A DNA stretch of 64,000 nt from a virus. Positions 1 through 9,531 of the stretch are shown here, in pieces. Position 1 is the first letter of the stretch. Each line of letters begins with the position of its first letter. The stretch lies in the IMG/VR virus record IMGVR_UViG_3300044837_000112, positions 1 to 64,000 of that record; one strand, given 5' to 3'. Made by a program: the position numbers and the translations under genes. The notes beneath the pieces are model-generated. The model saw nothing but the letters and a program-made list of their open reading frames with translations. It did no database searches and was not told the origin of the DNA.

Positions 1-1
1 C

Positions 2-40
2 GGGCGGTGCGCTGTCGAGGTCATCTACAGCGCACCGCCC
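2..40 (+). terminator. GC-rich hairpin, probable intrinsic terminator of a gene upstream of the window
   Basis: GGGCGGTGCGCTGT (2-15) pairs perfectly with ACAGCGCACCGCCC (27-40); no U-tract. Confidence 0.5.
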
Positions 41-65
41 ACCCTAACTTCGGGAGCCACTCATC

Positions 66-581
66 ATGGAACCAGAGACCATAGAGTTTCCTCGCCCTAT
101 CTTTCCGAGGCAGCGACGGCTAATGCTGTCCCCAGGCGTCGGACGTATAGCCTTGCGTGCGGCCTTGGGACTGGCATTCTACTTCATCGGCGCGTCGGTC
201 GGAAGTACGCACAGCGTGACAACCTACCCGGTAACAAAGACCGTGACCGTCACAGTCACGCAGCCCCCGCTGCCTGTTCCAACGCCAGTGAGCATCGCGA
301 CCATCCCTCAGTCGTGCCTGGGTGCCATCATGCTGCTAAACAAGCTAGCCCCGGCTGTGCACGACATCATCAACGTCTCTACGTCAGCCATGGACGCACT
401 TAGTGCTGGCGAGCTTGCCTTGATTCAGGGTGATCAAAAAGGGATAATTGCTGCCACCAACAAGTTGCAGCAGCTCGACAATGGACTGTCGGGACCGGCC
501 GACAGGTACATGAGCCTGCTGACAAACTTCACCACGGCCAGCACGTCCTGTACAAAGGACTTAGAGCCCACACCGAGATAG
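66..581 (+). CDS. membrane-anchored/exported hypothetical protein
   Basis: GGGAG RBS; hydrophobic segment ALRAALGLAFYFIGASV, T/P-rich linker, helical domain bounded by two Cys. Confidence 0.6.
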   Translation: MEPETIEFPRPIFPRQRRLMLSPGVGRIALRAALGLAFYFIGASVGSTHSVTTYPVTKTVTVTVTQPPLPVPTPVSIATIPQSCLGAIMLLNKLAPAVHDIINVSTSAMDALSAGELALIQGDQKGIIAATNKLQQLDNGLSGPADRYMSLLTNFTTASTSCTKDLEPTPR

Positions 582-590
582 GCGAGCCAC

Positions 591-1091
591 ATGGTATTCA
601 GTCCGTCAGCCAACAAGCAGGTCAAGCTTTACTCTCGGGACTACGGCTTCCGCCTCTCCAAGGCACACACGATCAACGACGTCGATCCGAACCAGATGGA
701 ACGATTCCTTCAGGCTCGCAGAATCATGTGCGAGCGAGAAGGTTGCACCAAGCTGGCGGTCGGCATGTCGGCTACTCGCCTCGTCGCCTACCTATGCGAC
801 GATGACCTGAACCGGGCTGGCGAGATTCAGCAGGAACTGGTCATGCCAATCATCAAGATACTGGCGTTCTGGACTGAGTGGTATATGCACCATGAGTACC
901 GCGAGAAGCCTGGCTCATCACCAGGCGTCGTCGTGATAGCGCCTGATCCTAGTACTCCAATCCTGGAGACAGGCATCATCGCGGCGTCAGGCGCTGACCT
1001 GACCGGCAGGATGAACCTGCTGCCGACCGTGAAGCTGCCGACACGGGCACCGAGTGGTGGCGTGACGCTGCCGCCGTTTATGGTGTTCTGA
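591..1091 (+). CDS. hypothetical protein with Cys cluster
   Basis: 166-aa ORF in operon position; CxxxxC...C. Confidence 0.5.
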   Translation: MVFSPSANKQVKLYSRDYGFRLSKAHTINDVDPNQMERFLQARRIMCEREGCTKLAVGMSATRLVAYLCDDDLNRAGEIQQELVMPIIKILAFWTEWYMHHEYREKPGSSPGVVVIAPDPSTPILETGIIAASGADLTGRMNLLPTVKLPTRAPSGGVTLPPFMVF

Positions 1092-1177
1092 CGGTATGTG
1101 AAAGGTTCTAGATTATAACGATTCCGTAACGGTCGCCGCGTGACGCGTCGTGCCGTTAGCTTCGTGTGTGTAGTGCA

Positions 1178-1186
1178 TGCTACAAT
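1178..1186 (+). promoter_or_regulatory. extended -10 promoter element (TGcTACAAT) upstream of AAA+ gene
   Basis: TGCTACAAT about 33 nt upstream of the 1219 ATG, followed by GAGG RBS. Confidence 0.45.
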
Positions 1187-1218
1187 GAACGCGAAGCGAC
1201 AGATAACGAGAGGTCATC

Positions 1219-2838
1219 ATGGCTACGACTGCAACCCCAAGCTCCGCAGGCGCGACCGGCCGTACCTGCCTGAACTGCCCTTCGATGATCAAGCCGGAGA
1301 ATCAGACGCCCGTGTTTGGTGAGGTAATTGGCGGCCCCGTCTGTGGTCGGAAGTTGCTACCGCTCGTTATGCCTCTGCAGCCCACCGAGGCAGCGAGTGC
1401 GTCGATGCGTGACACGGCCAAGAAGTGTGACAAGTACGGCCTGCCGGTTGAGGCGTTCAAGTCGTTCGGATTTGCTGATACCGTCTCACTGGCTGACGTC
1501 GGCTTCGATGCCGACCCGACGGCCCCCGACGCTGGCACCACTCCTCCGACCATTCGCGGCTGCGGCACCTGCGTACACTACGTCCGCCCCGAAGTGGTCA
1601 AGCGGGCGACCGGTTGGAATCTCGGTCTGTGCCGCGCCAGTGGCAATCTGCTGCTCGGCGGCCTTGCCCGCCGCTACGATCTCGAGTGTGGACGCTTCGC
1701 CACCGATAACTCGAAGACTGCAGCAACAATGAACGCGTTCCAGCTAAACCCGATCTACTTGTCCACCTTCGGCAAGGTTGACCTCGCGAAAGAATACCTA
1801 GACGGAATGGTCAACCTGGTTGATCCCAGGGTCTGGCCGAACGAGCGTGGCGATAGCATCGGCTCGAAGGCGGCAGCGCGAGGAATCCGGGCGTGGCGAC
1901 GGATCGTCGATCCGTCCGGATATGCCGATGACCTGTTCCTGCCAATCTACGACTGGGACGCGAAAGGCAGTGACGGCAGCTTCATCATGCCGCAGCAACT
2001 GCGCCACCTGGTACCGCAGACTGGAGACAAGGAACACCCGGAGGAGTACGCCGACCACGGTGCCAACCTCTTCACGATGGCTGTGATGATGATGAAGGTG
2101 GACGCGACTCCTGCGTTCTGGGGAGCTGGCGGTACTGGCAAGACAGAGTTCGCGCGACACCTCGCCTGGATGATGCAACTGCCGTTTCACCGGCTGTCAA
2201 TCACAGCTCGCACTGACGTGGACGAGCTGGCGGGTACCACGCACTTCGAGAAGGGCGAGACGAAGTTCCACTATGGTCAGATGCCGACCGCCTTCATGAA
2301 TCCTGGCATCATTCTGCTGGACGAGCCAAACACTGGCCCACCCGAGGTGTGGCAGTTCCTCCGGCCACTGACGGACAATGGCAAGCGACTCATCATGACG
2401 ATGCATAAAGGCGAGTACCTCGATCGTCACCTTGACTGCTGGCTGATGATGGCCATGAACCCGGTCTGGGACCCGAGAAACGTGGGAACGACCACGATCG
2501 GTGACGCAGATATGCGGCGTCTCGCACACATGGCCTTCGACTATCCGCCGCCGGAGATCGAGCGAGCCATCATCCAGCAGCGGTGCATCTCTGAGGGCTG
2601 GCCCATTAAGCCGAAGCAGCTTGATGGCATCATGGGCGCCACTAAGGAACTGCGAAAACTGTCCGAGGATGGATCGATCAGTACCACCTGGGGGCCGGCG
2701 CATAACATCAAGGTCGCCGGCATGCTCTGCTACTTCGAGCCGACCAAGGCGTACCGGCACGCACTGACCGATGCGCTCGACCCGTCCGAGCTGGACGCTG
2801 TGTCCGGCGTCATTTCCTCTCACTTTGAGGTGGCGTAA
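1219..2838 (+). CDS. MoxR/CbbQ/CobS-type AAA+ ATPase with Cys-rich N-terminal extension
   Basis: Walker A GAGGTGKT, Walker B ILLDEPN, sensor AMNP, Arg finger DMRRL; N-terminal CLNC/CGTC motifs. Confidence 0.88.
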   Translation: MATTATPSSAGATGRTCLNCPSMIKPENQTPVFGEVIGGPVCGRKLLPLVMPLQPTEAASASMRDTAKKCDKYGLPVEAFKSFGFADTVSLADVGFDADPTAPDAGTTPPTIRGCGTCVHYVRPEVVKRATGWNLGLCRASGNLLLGGLARRYDLECGRFATDNSKTAATMNAFQLNPIYLSTFGKVDLAKEYLDGMVNLVDPRVWPNERGDSIGSKAAARGIRAWRRIVDPSGYADDLFLPIYDWDAKGSDGSFIMPQQLRHLVPQTGDKEHPEEYADHGANLFTMAVMMMKVDATPAFWGAGGTGKTEFARHLAWMMQLPFHRLSITARTDVDELAGTTHFEKGETKFHYGQMPTAFMNPGIILLDEPNTGPPEVWQFLRPLTDNGKRLIMTMHKGEYLDRHLDCWLMMAMNPVWDPRNVGTTTIGDADMRRLAHMAFDYPPPEIERAIIQQRCISEGWPIKPKQLDGIMGATKELRKLSEDGSISTTWGPAHNIKVAGMLCYFEPTKAYRHALTDALDPSELDAVSGVISSHFEVA

Positions 2839-3143
2839 TGCCCAGGTTCCCGATGCCAAAGGCGCAGATCCTCGACCAGTTCTTCAACGACCTGACGGCC
2901 GACGAGATCGACGGCCTGATTGCGATCGTGGCTGGGTTGGACCCGTACGAGATGCGCCCCAATGCCGGAGTTTTCTGGGGCACATCTGGCGCTGACGAGC
3001 CCGTGTTCCCGCCCGCGCACCAGTTCGTGATCGAGCGGTTCATCGACCTGAAGCAGCGCCTGGACGCGTCGGCAGCGGAGCTGATGGACAAGCAACTGGC
3101 AGCCCAGTTCGGCCTAGAAGAAACCGTGATCGATACCGTCTGA
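2838..3143 (+). CDS. small acidic hypothetical protein between AAA+ and VWA genes
   Basis: TAATG overlap with AAA+ stop; GAGGTG RBS. Confidence 0.65.
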   Translation: MPRFPMPKAQILDQFFNDLTADEIDGLIAIVAGLDPYEMRPNAGVFWGTSGADEPVFPPAHQFVIERFIDLKQRLDASAAELMDKQLAAQFGLEETVIDTV

Positions 3144-3156
3144 AAGGAGGTGCCAG

Positions 3157-6102
3157 ATGGCCCGGACCAGAGTTAAGATCGACACCAAGGACGCCTGGAA
3201 TGCTGTCCAGGCGTTCGAGCACATGATCCCGCAGCTACGCACGTATGCTCGCGCCATGACGGGCAACGCCCGCCTCCAGGTACAGGTGACGGCCGGTCCT
3301 ACCCGGACAGACGGTAACACGATCTTCATCACACCGCCGCTGGCCCTCGCCAGCAAGGAGGTCCACTCGAAGCGGTCCGAGTGTGGAAAGCGCGCTGCTA
3401 ATGGCAAGCTGACCTGCAAGGCGTGCAATCTCCGAGAGGTCATCAACTTCTACCTGTTCCACGAGGTGTCGCACATCCTCTGGGGCACGCTTGCTGATTA
3501 CAACGAGTACTCGCTGGCTCTGTGGCACCGCATCTTTGAAGAGTGGCACCACGAAGACTGCGAACATTACGCGCCGATGCTGACGAAGTTGGACAGCAAC
3601 AGGGCCACCATGGGCCTGGCAAACCTGCTGACGCCGTTCACCGGCATGATGCTCAACGCCCTCGAGGATGCTCGGGTAAACGAGCGGACATTCGAGGTAC
3701 GCCCCGGCCTGCGAAAAATCTTTGCGATCAACATGGACCGCATGCTGATCGATGGCTCCGAGAGCCTGATGACTGGCGAGATGTGCCACTGGCGCGATCA
3801 GCCGCTCGATGCACAATTCATGGTCGGCCTGTACTTCGAAGCCAGTGGCTACGACGCGTCAGCGTTCCTGGCCGACGAGGCGATGGAGATGCTGCGGCAC
3901 CCCGAGATCGTCGCGCTGACTGGGTCGGTTCGCACGGCGGCGAACGTTGACGAAACCTTCGAGATCGTGATCAAGATCTGGCTCGTCGCACAAAAGTATG
4001 GCTTCTGCATCGTCGAGAAGTGCGTCAAGCCGGAACTTTCCAAGGAAGATGGAGACGACCCTGATGATGGGGATGCTGCGGAAGATGCTGCGGGGGATGA
4101 AGACGACTCTGCTGGCGACGATGGAGCCGACGGTACCGGAGAAGAGCCCGACGATTCAGGCGCTGGAAGCGGACCTCCTGAATCTGGAGGATCAGCTGGC
4201 GGCGGTGCGGGGACGGGTGCTGCAACTCCAGCGGAGAGCGACGACGGATCAACGACTAAGCCTGATCCGGGAGGAGAACCGCCTGCTGGGGGAAGTTCGG
4301 GAAGTGCGTCGGATTCTGACGTACCAGATAGAGAAGATGGAGATGTAGATGACCGAGCTACCGGGCGTGAAAGTGAAGCCGGACCTGACGGGATATCTGA
4401 GGGCACCGGAGCCGAGACTCCTGACGATGACGGAACTCCAGGAGAACCTGAACCAGGTGACGGTGATACTGATTCGGGAGATGGAGAATCCGCCGGACCC
4501 GGGAGCGCATCCGCCAAAGAGTCGGAAGAGCCTGATGGCGTGGCACCAGTTATACCTTCAGCAGCTGAAGGATCAGATGAAGTGGATCATCGCGGTCCAG
4601 AAGCAGATCCTGACGAATCCGGAGATGGACCTGACGACCGAGGCGATCCTGGCGACGAGATCCTGGGGAACTCAGACGCGGATGAGGACTCCGACGCTGA
4701 CGGAACTGCTGAATCACTACCGGGCGAAGCCGACGAGGGCGATAGAGTCCGTGGCGGCTGGATTGACGCAGGCCCAGCACGGTACGAAGAAAGCACGCCA
4801 CTCGACGACGCACCTGCTGGGAGTGACCCCGCCTGGGCTGAACGGTCGTCGGAGGAAGATCTCGATGTGGCGGACGCGGACCCTACGTCCGAGCGGAGAC
4901 GTGACGACTTCAGTCCAGACGACGGAGTACCCGATAGCGAAGAGCGCCCGGCCGCGTCGGACGGGCCCGACCCCGATGCGGACGATGCGCCCGACGGGCC
5001 CGTAGACGGCCCTAGCGGGCCCGTAGGGACGTCGGACGGCCCGACCCTAGGTCACGGCACCCCCGACGACGCAGCGACGGCCCTAGGACGCGTCATCATC
5101 CACAAACTACTGGAGGATATGGCTGGCGAGGACCTCTACGGCGTCATGGGTGGCGGCGAAGATGGTCACCCACTAGGCGGGGATGCCCTCGATGCCCTGA
5201 CGTTGGCCATCGCGCAGCGGATTCATTTCGACGAGGCTGCCTACGGCGTGTTGGGCCTCAATAAGCTCCCCTACCCATGCACGGACGTCGGCTGGCAATC
5301 AAGTCCTTACAGGAGCATCGAGCGCTACATGCCGTCGCCTGCATTGCTGGCACGGCCGACGTTGCTGGCTCGTCGGTTCTTCGAAGCCAACGCCATGACG
5401 AAGATCGACTCCAATCGAAAGTCGGGCCGTGTCAATGCCCGTGTCCTGGGTAGGCGAGCACCAACCGGTGACCCTCGCCTGTTTGGCAAGAAGGCTTTGC
5501 CGAAGAAGCACTCGTACGCCGTGACCATCGTCGTTGACTGCTCTGGCAGCATGGGCGATGAGAACATGGAAAAGATCAAAAGATATACAATGGCAATGGC
5601 TGAGATTCTGCATCGCCTGGGTATCCCGTTCTCAGTGTTCGGCCACTCCGCCTCGTCGACAAACCTGGACGATAACGCTCCCAGGTCAAGGTTCGAGGAG
5701 TATGGCAAGTACTGGATGTATATCATGCCGGTCAAAGAGATGCACGAGCCGTGGAACGACAAGGGCCGCGAAAAGCTGGTCGGCCTATCGTCGCTTCAGG
5801 CGAACCTGGACGGGCATGCACTTGAGTACGCACGCAAGTCTGTGATGCAGGCGGACGCTACCGATCGGATCATCTTCTATTTCAGTGACGGTGGCCTGCC
5901 AGCCGAGAACAGCACCGAGGAGAAGGAGATCATCACCCGGGAGATCACCTGGTGTCGCAAGAACAAGGTAACCCTCCTTGGCGGCGGCATCGACAGTAAC
6001 GCCACCGCCAAGGTAGGCATGGACACCGTGATCCTGCGCAGGCAGGAAGACATCACGAAGCTCATCGAATTCCTTCAGAAGAACCTGACCCGATCGGAGT
6101 AA
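3157..6102 (+). CDS. CobT-like protein: HExxH zincin-like N-domain, long acidic linker, C-terminal VWA domain
   Basis: AAGGAGG RBS; HEVSH...NALEDARVN; about 340-aa D/E/G/P/S-rich linker; MIDAS DCSGS and FSDG. Confidence 0.85.
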   Translation: MARTRVKIDTKDAWNAVQAFEHMIPQLRTYARAMTGNARLQVQVTAGPTRTDGNTIFITPPLALASKEVHSKRSECGKRAANGKLTCKACNLREVINFYLFHEVSHILWGTLADYNEYSLALWHRIFEEWHHEDCEHYAPMLTKLDSNRATMGLANLLTPFTGMMLNALEDARVNERTFEVRPGLRKIFAINMDRMLIDGSESLMTGEMCHWRDQPLDAQFMVGLYFEASGYDASAFLADEAMEMLRHPEIVALTGSVRTAANVDETFEIVIKIWLVAQKYGFCIVEKCVKPELSKEDGDDPDDGDAAEDAAGDEDDSAGDDGADGTGEEPDDSGAGSGPPESGGSAGGGAGTGAATPAESDDGSTTKPDPGGEPPAGGSSGSASDSDVPDREDGDVDDRATGRESEAGPDGISEGTGAETPDDDGTPGEPEPGDGDTDSGDGESAGPGSASAKESEEPDGVAPVIPSAAEGSDEVDHRGPEADPDESGDGPDDRGDPGDEILGNSDADEDSDADGTAESLPGEADEGDRVRGGWIDAGPARYEESTPLDDAPAGSDPAWAERSSEEDLDVADADPTSERRRDDFSPDDGVPDSEERPAASDGPDPDADDAPDGPVDGPSGPVGTSDGPTLGHGTPDDAATALGRVIIHKLLEDMAGEDLYGVMGGGEDGHPLGGDALDALTLAIAQRIHFDEAAYGVLGLNKLPYPCTDVGWQSSPYRSIERYMPSPALLARPTLLARRFFEANAMTKIDSNRKSGRVNARVLGRRAPTGDPRLFGKKALPKKHSYAVTIVVDCSGSMGDENMEKIKRYTMAMAEILHRLGIPFSVFGHSASSTNLDDNAPRSRFEEYGKYWMYIMPVKEMHEPWNDKGREKLVGLSSLQANLDGHALEYARKSVMQADATDRIIFYFSDGGLPAENSTEEKEIITREITWCRKNKVTLLGGGIDSNATAKVGMDTVILRRQEDITKLIEFLQKNLTRSE

Positions 6103-6103
6103 C

Positions 6104-6520
6104 ATGACAAATGACCGCTTCAAGGCGAACGGCACCACCCTCGCACCCTTCTTCAAGAAGGTGGTGGCGATCAATGTCATGCGGGAAGACGGTGATGATC
6201 ACGAGGTGGTACAGGGCCGCGTAGAAGCAATTAGCGACCTGGCGATCATCATTCGGACTCGTGGGGGCAGCGAGGTAATCACCAACTCGTGGATTCTCGA
6301 CGCACCATCGATCGTGCCGCCACGCAAAAACAGCCGCGTCATCGTTCGCAAGCTGCGACCGCTGGAGACGACAGTGCGTCAACACCTGGTTGACCGACAT
6401 GGTCTGGCTGTCGACCTGACTAACTCGTTGACCGAGGGTCAGGCGATCACGTATCACGATCGGATCGACCACTCGAACCTGGGGCATCGTCATATCGCGG
6501 CAGATCCGGAAGAGGTGTAA
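6104..6520 (+). CDS. hypothetical protein (beta-rich N-terminus, His-rich C-terminus)
   Basis: GGAG RBS, abuts VWA stop; HLVDRH...YHDRIDH..LGHRH. Confidence 0.65.
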   Translation: MTNDRFKANGTTLAPFFKKVVAINVMREDGDDHEVVQGRVEAISDLAIIIRTRGGSEVITNSWILDAPSIVPPRKNSRVIVRKLRPLETTVRQHLVDRHGLAVDLTNSLTEGQAITYHDRIDHSNLGHRHIAADPEEV

Positions 6521-6808
6521 ATGGACCTGGATGACTATGCCCGGCGACGGGCCGCCAGAGGGTTACCCGTGCCTCCTGCAGATGACCTACTCGATAGGTC
6601 ATGGATGTCGCCAGAGGCACGGGCGATAATGGGCAACTCGGCCAACTACATTGAGGTAAGGAGAGACCATGCCGAAGCCACCGGCCCATCCGTCGCTGAC
6701 GGACCTGAGCCCGTTCATGCCAGGCGTAATCTTCTCGTTTCGGGTAAACGCCTTCTTGGACGGATCGCTTCCGCACTGGGTTATCACCGGCTTCCGGCTC
6801 GAGACTGA
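6521..6808 (+). CDS. hypothetical protein
   Basis: GAGGT RBS; starts directly after the previous stop. Confidence 0.55.
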   Translation: MDLDDYARRRAARGLPVPPADDLLDRSWMSPEARAIMGNSANYIEVRRDHAEATGPSVADGPEPVHARRNLLVSGKRLLGRIASALGYHRLPARD

Positions 6809-6815
6809 CAGCTCA

Positions 6816-7082
6816 GTGCTGCGTACTCTCAATGGCAAGGTGGACGTGATGATGCGCGTCTGTACGATGACGGCCAGCTGCCTGCCAGTCCGGCCAGATT
6901 CCATCGCCGACGTCGCCTACGAGATCGGCAACGATGGTGACTCGATACACCAGATGAGCAGCGGTGACTTCTGGGGCATGCGGCACCACGATAAGTGCGA
7001 TGCTGGCATCGATATCGTTTACGACTGGGTGCCGCCGAAAGAGTGGCCACGCTGGAAGAAGACAGTGGTGATCTACAGATGA
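6816..7082 (+). CDS. hypothetical protein (start uncertain; open from 6669)
   Basis: ATGA overlap with next gene; Cys/His residues. Confidence 0.4.
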   Translation: MLRTLNGKVDVMMRVCTMTASCLPVRPDSIADVAYEIGNDGDSIHQMSSGDFWGMRHHDKCDAGIDIVYDWVPPKEWPRWKKTVVIYR

Positions 7083-7366
7083 GTAAGCGCATAATCCTGG
7101 ACAAGTTCAGCAACTGCTCAACGTCGGCGTGCCCTGGCCAGACGATCGATCGGGTGCCATCACTCGGGGGCCCGCGCGTTGTCTTCGTGCCAGCTCCTGG
7201 TCGGTGGCGCCTATATGGGAACCTGAACGACGACGCTAAGGTGGTTGGTGACTACTGTGACACTTGCCACGATATCATCTCCGATCGCAGCACGTCGATC
7301 TGGGTACGGCTCTACGTCTGGGTCCAAGACCCACTACCCCTCTCGGAATTCAAGGAGGCGGCATGA
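7079..7366 (+). CDS. small Zn-finger-like protein
   Basis: CxxxxC...CDTC; ATGA overlaps at both ends. Confidence 0.55.
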   Translation: MSKRIILDKFSNCSTSACPGQTIDRVPSLGGPRVVFVPAPGRWRLYGNLNDDAKVVGDYCDTCHDIISDRSTSIWVRLYVWVQDPLPLSEFKEAA

Positions 7367-8091
7367 CCGCGTTCCCCGGCATCGTCGCTGACATCATCCC
7401 GCTGCCGCCGCGCGGCATCACGGTAAGCTATTGCCGCATCGGCGAGCGGGTGATCACGCAGTGGATGTACCTGTGCACCGAGCGAGATGACTGCTACGCG
7501 CTGGCCACTTCTGAGGTTTCTGAAGAGGCAGCGCGTAATGCTGTTGCTCGTCACACCTGCCCGGCACCGTACCTTCGGTCTCGCGTACCGTCCGGGAAAT
7601 CGGGCAGCGAGAAGATGTGGGACACCCTGGACGACGCGATCGATGCACTGCATGCCGGAAAGATGTTCTGGACCTACGAAGGCGATGCGGTCCGGGCCAT
7701 ATGTGTGACGATGGCTGAATGCATCAGCATCTGGAACCACTGTGTCCCGAGGATGCAGCAGCAGGACGTGCTACGCGAGGCGCAGCGACGGTGGAGGATG
7801 CGACAGGGCGAGATCCCCTACGCGCCGACGCCAGGCTATCGGATGCTACAGCCGCACCTGCTGAACGATGACAGCCGAGATCTGCTGCCCGGCGCCGTCG
7901 AGCCGAAGCCGGTCAAGGCCACACCGGCGAAGCGGACCACGCGTCCCTCTTCGCTGGGCACGCCGATCCCGCGAGTCTGGTCGGCCAAGGAGGTCGGCGC
8001 CATCAAGTACGCGATGACGATGATGGATGTTGGCGAGGTGGCGGGAATGTTCAACGCCACCGAAGATGAGATCAGAAAGGTGATCGCATGA
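7363..8091 (+). CDS. hypothetical protein with C-terminal HTH-like segment
   Basis: AAGGAGG RBS before MTAFPG; C-terminal VGEVAGMFNATEDEIRKV. Confidence 0.6.
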   Translation: MTAFPGIVADIIPLPPRGITVSYCRIGERVITQWMYLCTERDDCYALATSEVSEEAARNAVARHTCPAPYLRSRVPSGKSGSEKMWDTLDDAIDALHAGKMFWTYEGDAVRAICVTMAECISIWNHCVPRMQQQDVLREAQRRWRMRQGEIPYAPTPGYRMLQPHLLNDDSRDLLPGAVEPKPVKATPAKRTTRPSSLGTPIPRVWSAKEVGAIKYAMTMMDVGEVAGMFNATEDEIRKVIA

Positions 8092-8507
8092 CAATCAAGC
8101 AGCCGATCGTCTTCGAAGAGAGTAGCCGCGACTGGTACCATGAGCCGCGCACCTTTCTGGACGTCATCCGCTGTCGACTCGGGTGGCACCAGCGGATCAC
8201 GCGCGCCCAGGATGGCAAGAACTTTGTCTCTCGCTGCTCCTGTGGTGGTCTCGAATTCGACCGGGACGGCTACTGGATGGACGTCAAAAAGGTCGGCCGC
8301 CGGAAGGGGAAGGAAAAGCCGGAAGGTCTGACGTGGAGATGCATGGTCTGTAATGGAATGCGTCCCGACGCAAAGATATCAGTCGCGCACAAGTCGCACC
8401 CCCTCATCGAGGACCCCTTCATCAAGACAACCCTCAATGTGAGGTACTGCAACGACCGGCCTGACTGCATCAACCGCGCCCTGGCGCCTGGTCCCTGGAA
8501 AGGGTAA
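8088..8507 (+). CDS. Cys-rich hypothetical protein
   Basis: ATGA overlap; CRLGWH, CSCG, CMVC, YCNDRPDC. Confidence 0.6.
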   Translation: MTIKQPIVFEESSRDWYHEPRTFLDVIRCRLGWHQRITRAQDGKNFVSRCSCGGLEFDRDGYWMDVKKVGRRKGKEKPEGLTWRCMVCNGMRPDAKISVAHKSHPLIEDPFIKTTLNVRYCNDRPDCINRALAPGPWKG

Positions 8508-8511
8508 CCGA

Positions 8512-8700
8512 ATGGAGAAACCAGAGCCGCTGCTGACGCCTGCCGAGGTGGCGTCGATGTTCCGCGTCGACCCCAAGACAGTCACTCGGTGGGCGAAGGC
8601 AGGCAAGCTCAGCGCCATTCGCACGCTCGGCGGTCACCGCCGTTACCGCGAGTCGGAGGTTCGAGAGCTGCTTTATGGGAAGGAGGTACTACCGTCATGA
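8512..8700 (+). CDS. bldC: BldC-family MerR/Xis-like wHTH developmental regulator
   Basis: EPLLTPAEVASMFRVDPKTVTRWAKAGKLSAIRTLGGHRRYRESEVRELL matches Streptomyces BldC (as recalled) almost residue for residue. Confidence 0.92.
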   Translation: MEKPEPLLTPAEVASMFRVDPKTVTRWAKAGKLSAIRTLGGHRRYRESEVRELLYGKEVLPS

Positions 8701-9035
8701 TCTTCGAAATACTTATCGGTGCCTGGCTCGTCGGTGACAAGGTGGTCGATTTCATCCATGACCGCCGCGAGAGCAAGAAAGCACCCGAGCCGATCTGTGG
8801 CTGTGGCCACCACCTGGCTAATCACGATCCTGCGACGGGCATCTGCCATGATATCGATCTCGAGAGTGTCTACTCGTCCAAGAAGGGTGACTACATCGAG
8901 AAGATCCCATGCACCTGTCGTCAGTATGTTGGACCGATGCCGATCGCTCACTTTTGGACGCCAGGGGTGATCGATAGCAGTCGCCATGCTACACCACACG
9001 AGATTACTCCTAAAGACGATATGGGTATGGGTTAG
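8697..9035 (+). CDS. membrane-anchored Cys/His-rich protein
   Basis: AAGGAGG RBS; hydrophobic N-terminus; CGCGHH...H...C...CTC. Confidence 0.6.
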   Translation: MIFEILIGAWLVGDKVVDFIHDRRESKKAPEPICGCGHHLANHDPATGICHDIDLESVYSSKKGDYIEKIPCTCRQYVGPMPIAHFWTPGVIDSSRHATPHEITPKDDMGMG

Positions 9036-9064
9036 CCTAGAGGTAGTCATGAAGCAGATGCTAG

Positions 9065-9093
9065 TTGACACGGCCCATAGTACCCGCTAGGAT
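9065..9093 (+). promoter_or_regulatory. sigma70/HrdB-type promoter, probably leaderless
   Basis: TTGACA-17 nt-TAGGAT, then 6 nt to the ATG at 9100; no SD. Confidence 0.75.
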
Positions 9094-9099
9094 GGCCCC

Positions 9100-9531
9100 A
9101 TGCCCCGCGTAGCCCCCGACATGGCCTGCTTCATCTGCGGGCTGGCGCCGTGCGAATGCGGCAAACCCCCAAAGAAACCTGTGCCAAAAAAAGCCGCACC
9201 GAAGCCAGTGCCCGAACCAGTCGTGGTTGCGGTGCCGGTAGACGAGCGGCCTACGCGTGCCCCGCTTTCGGCTGTACCCGTGATCCAGCATGTGATCCCT
9301 GCGCCACGAGTACAGCCGAAAGCGCGAGGCGAGCTGGTCGACCTGCCAGTGGACAAAGGCCGCCAAGAAGCTGAAGACGATGAACGACGAGCCATCACCG
9401 TGCTGTTCACTTCCGGACTCATCGCCTGGGAGGACATGGTGGAGCACCGAGACAAACTTCTCATGACGCCGCTTGAAGCGTCTGCATTGATTTGGAGGGC
9501 GCGACGTGATCAGCGGAATGTCAGCACTTGA
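9100..9531 (+). CDS. hypothetical protein (N-terminal CxxC..CxC, K/P-rich linker)
   Basis: ATG at the predicted +1 of the promoter. Confidence 0.65.
   Translation: MPRVAPDMACFICGLAPCECGKPPKKPVPKKAAPKPVPEPVVVAVPVDERPTRAPLSAVPVIQHVIPAPRVQPKARGELVDLPVDKGRQEAEDDERRAITVLFTSGLIAWEDMVEHRDKLLMTPLEASALIWRARRDQRNVST

Noticed and set aside
1219-6102. Cobalamin biosynthesis (cobS/cobT) auxiliary metabolic genes
   Set aside because: No cobN or other cob genes; a generic MoxR-VWA pair explains the motifs.
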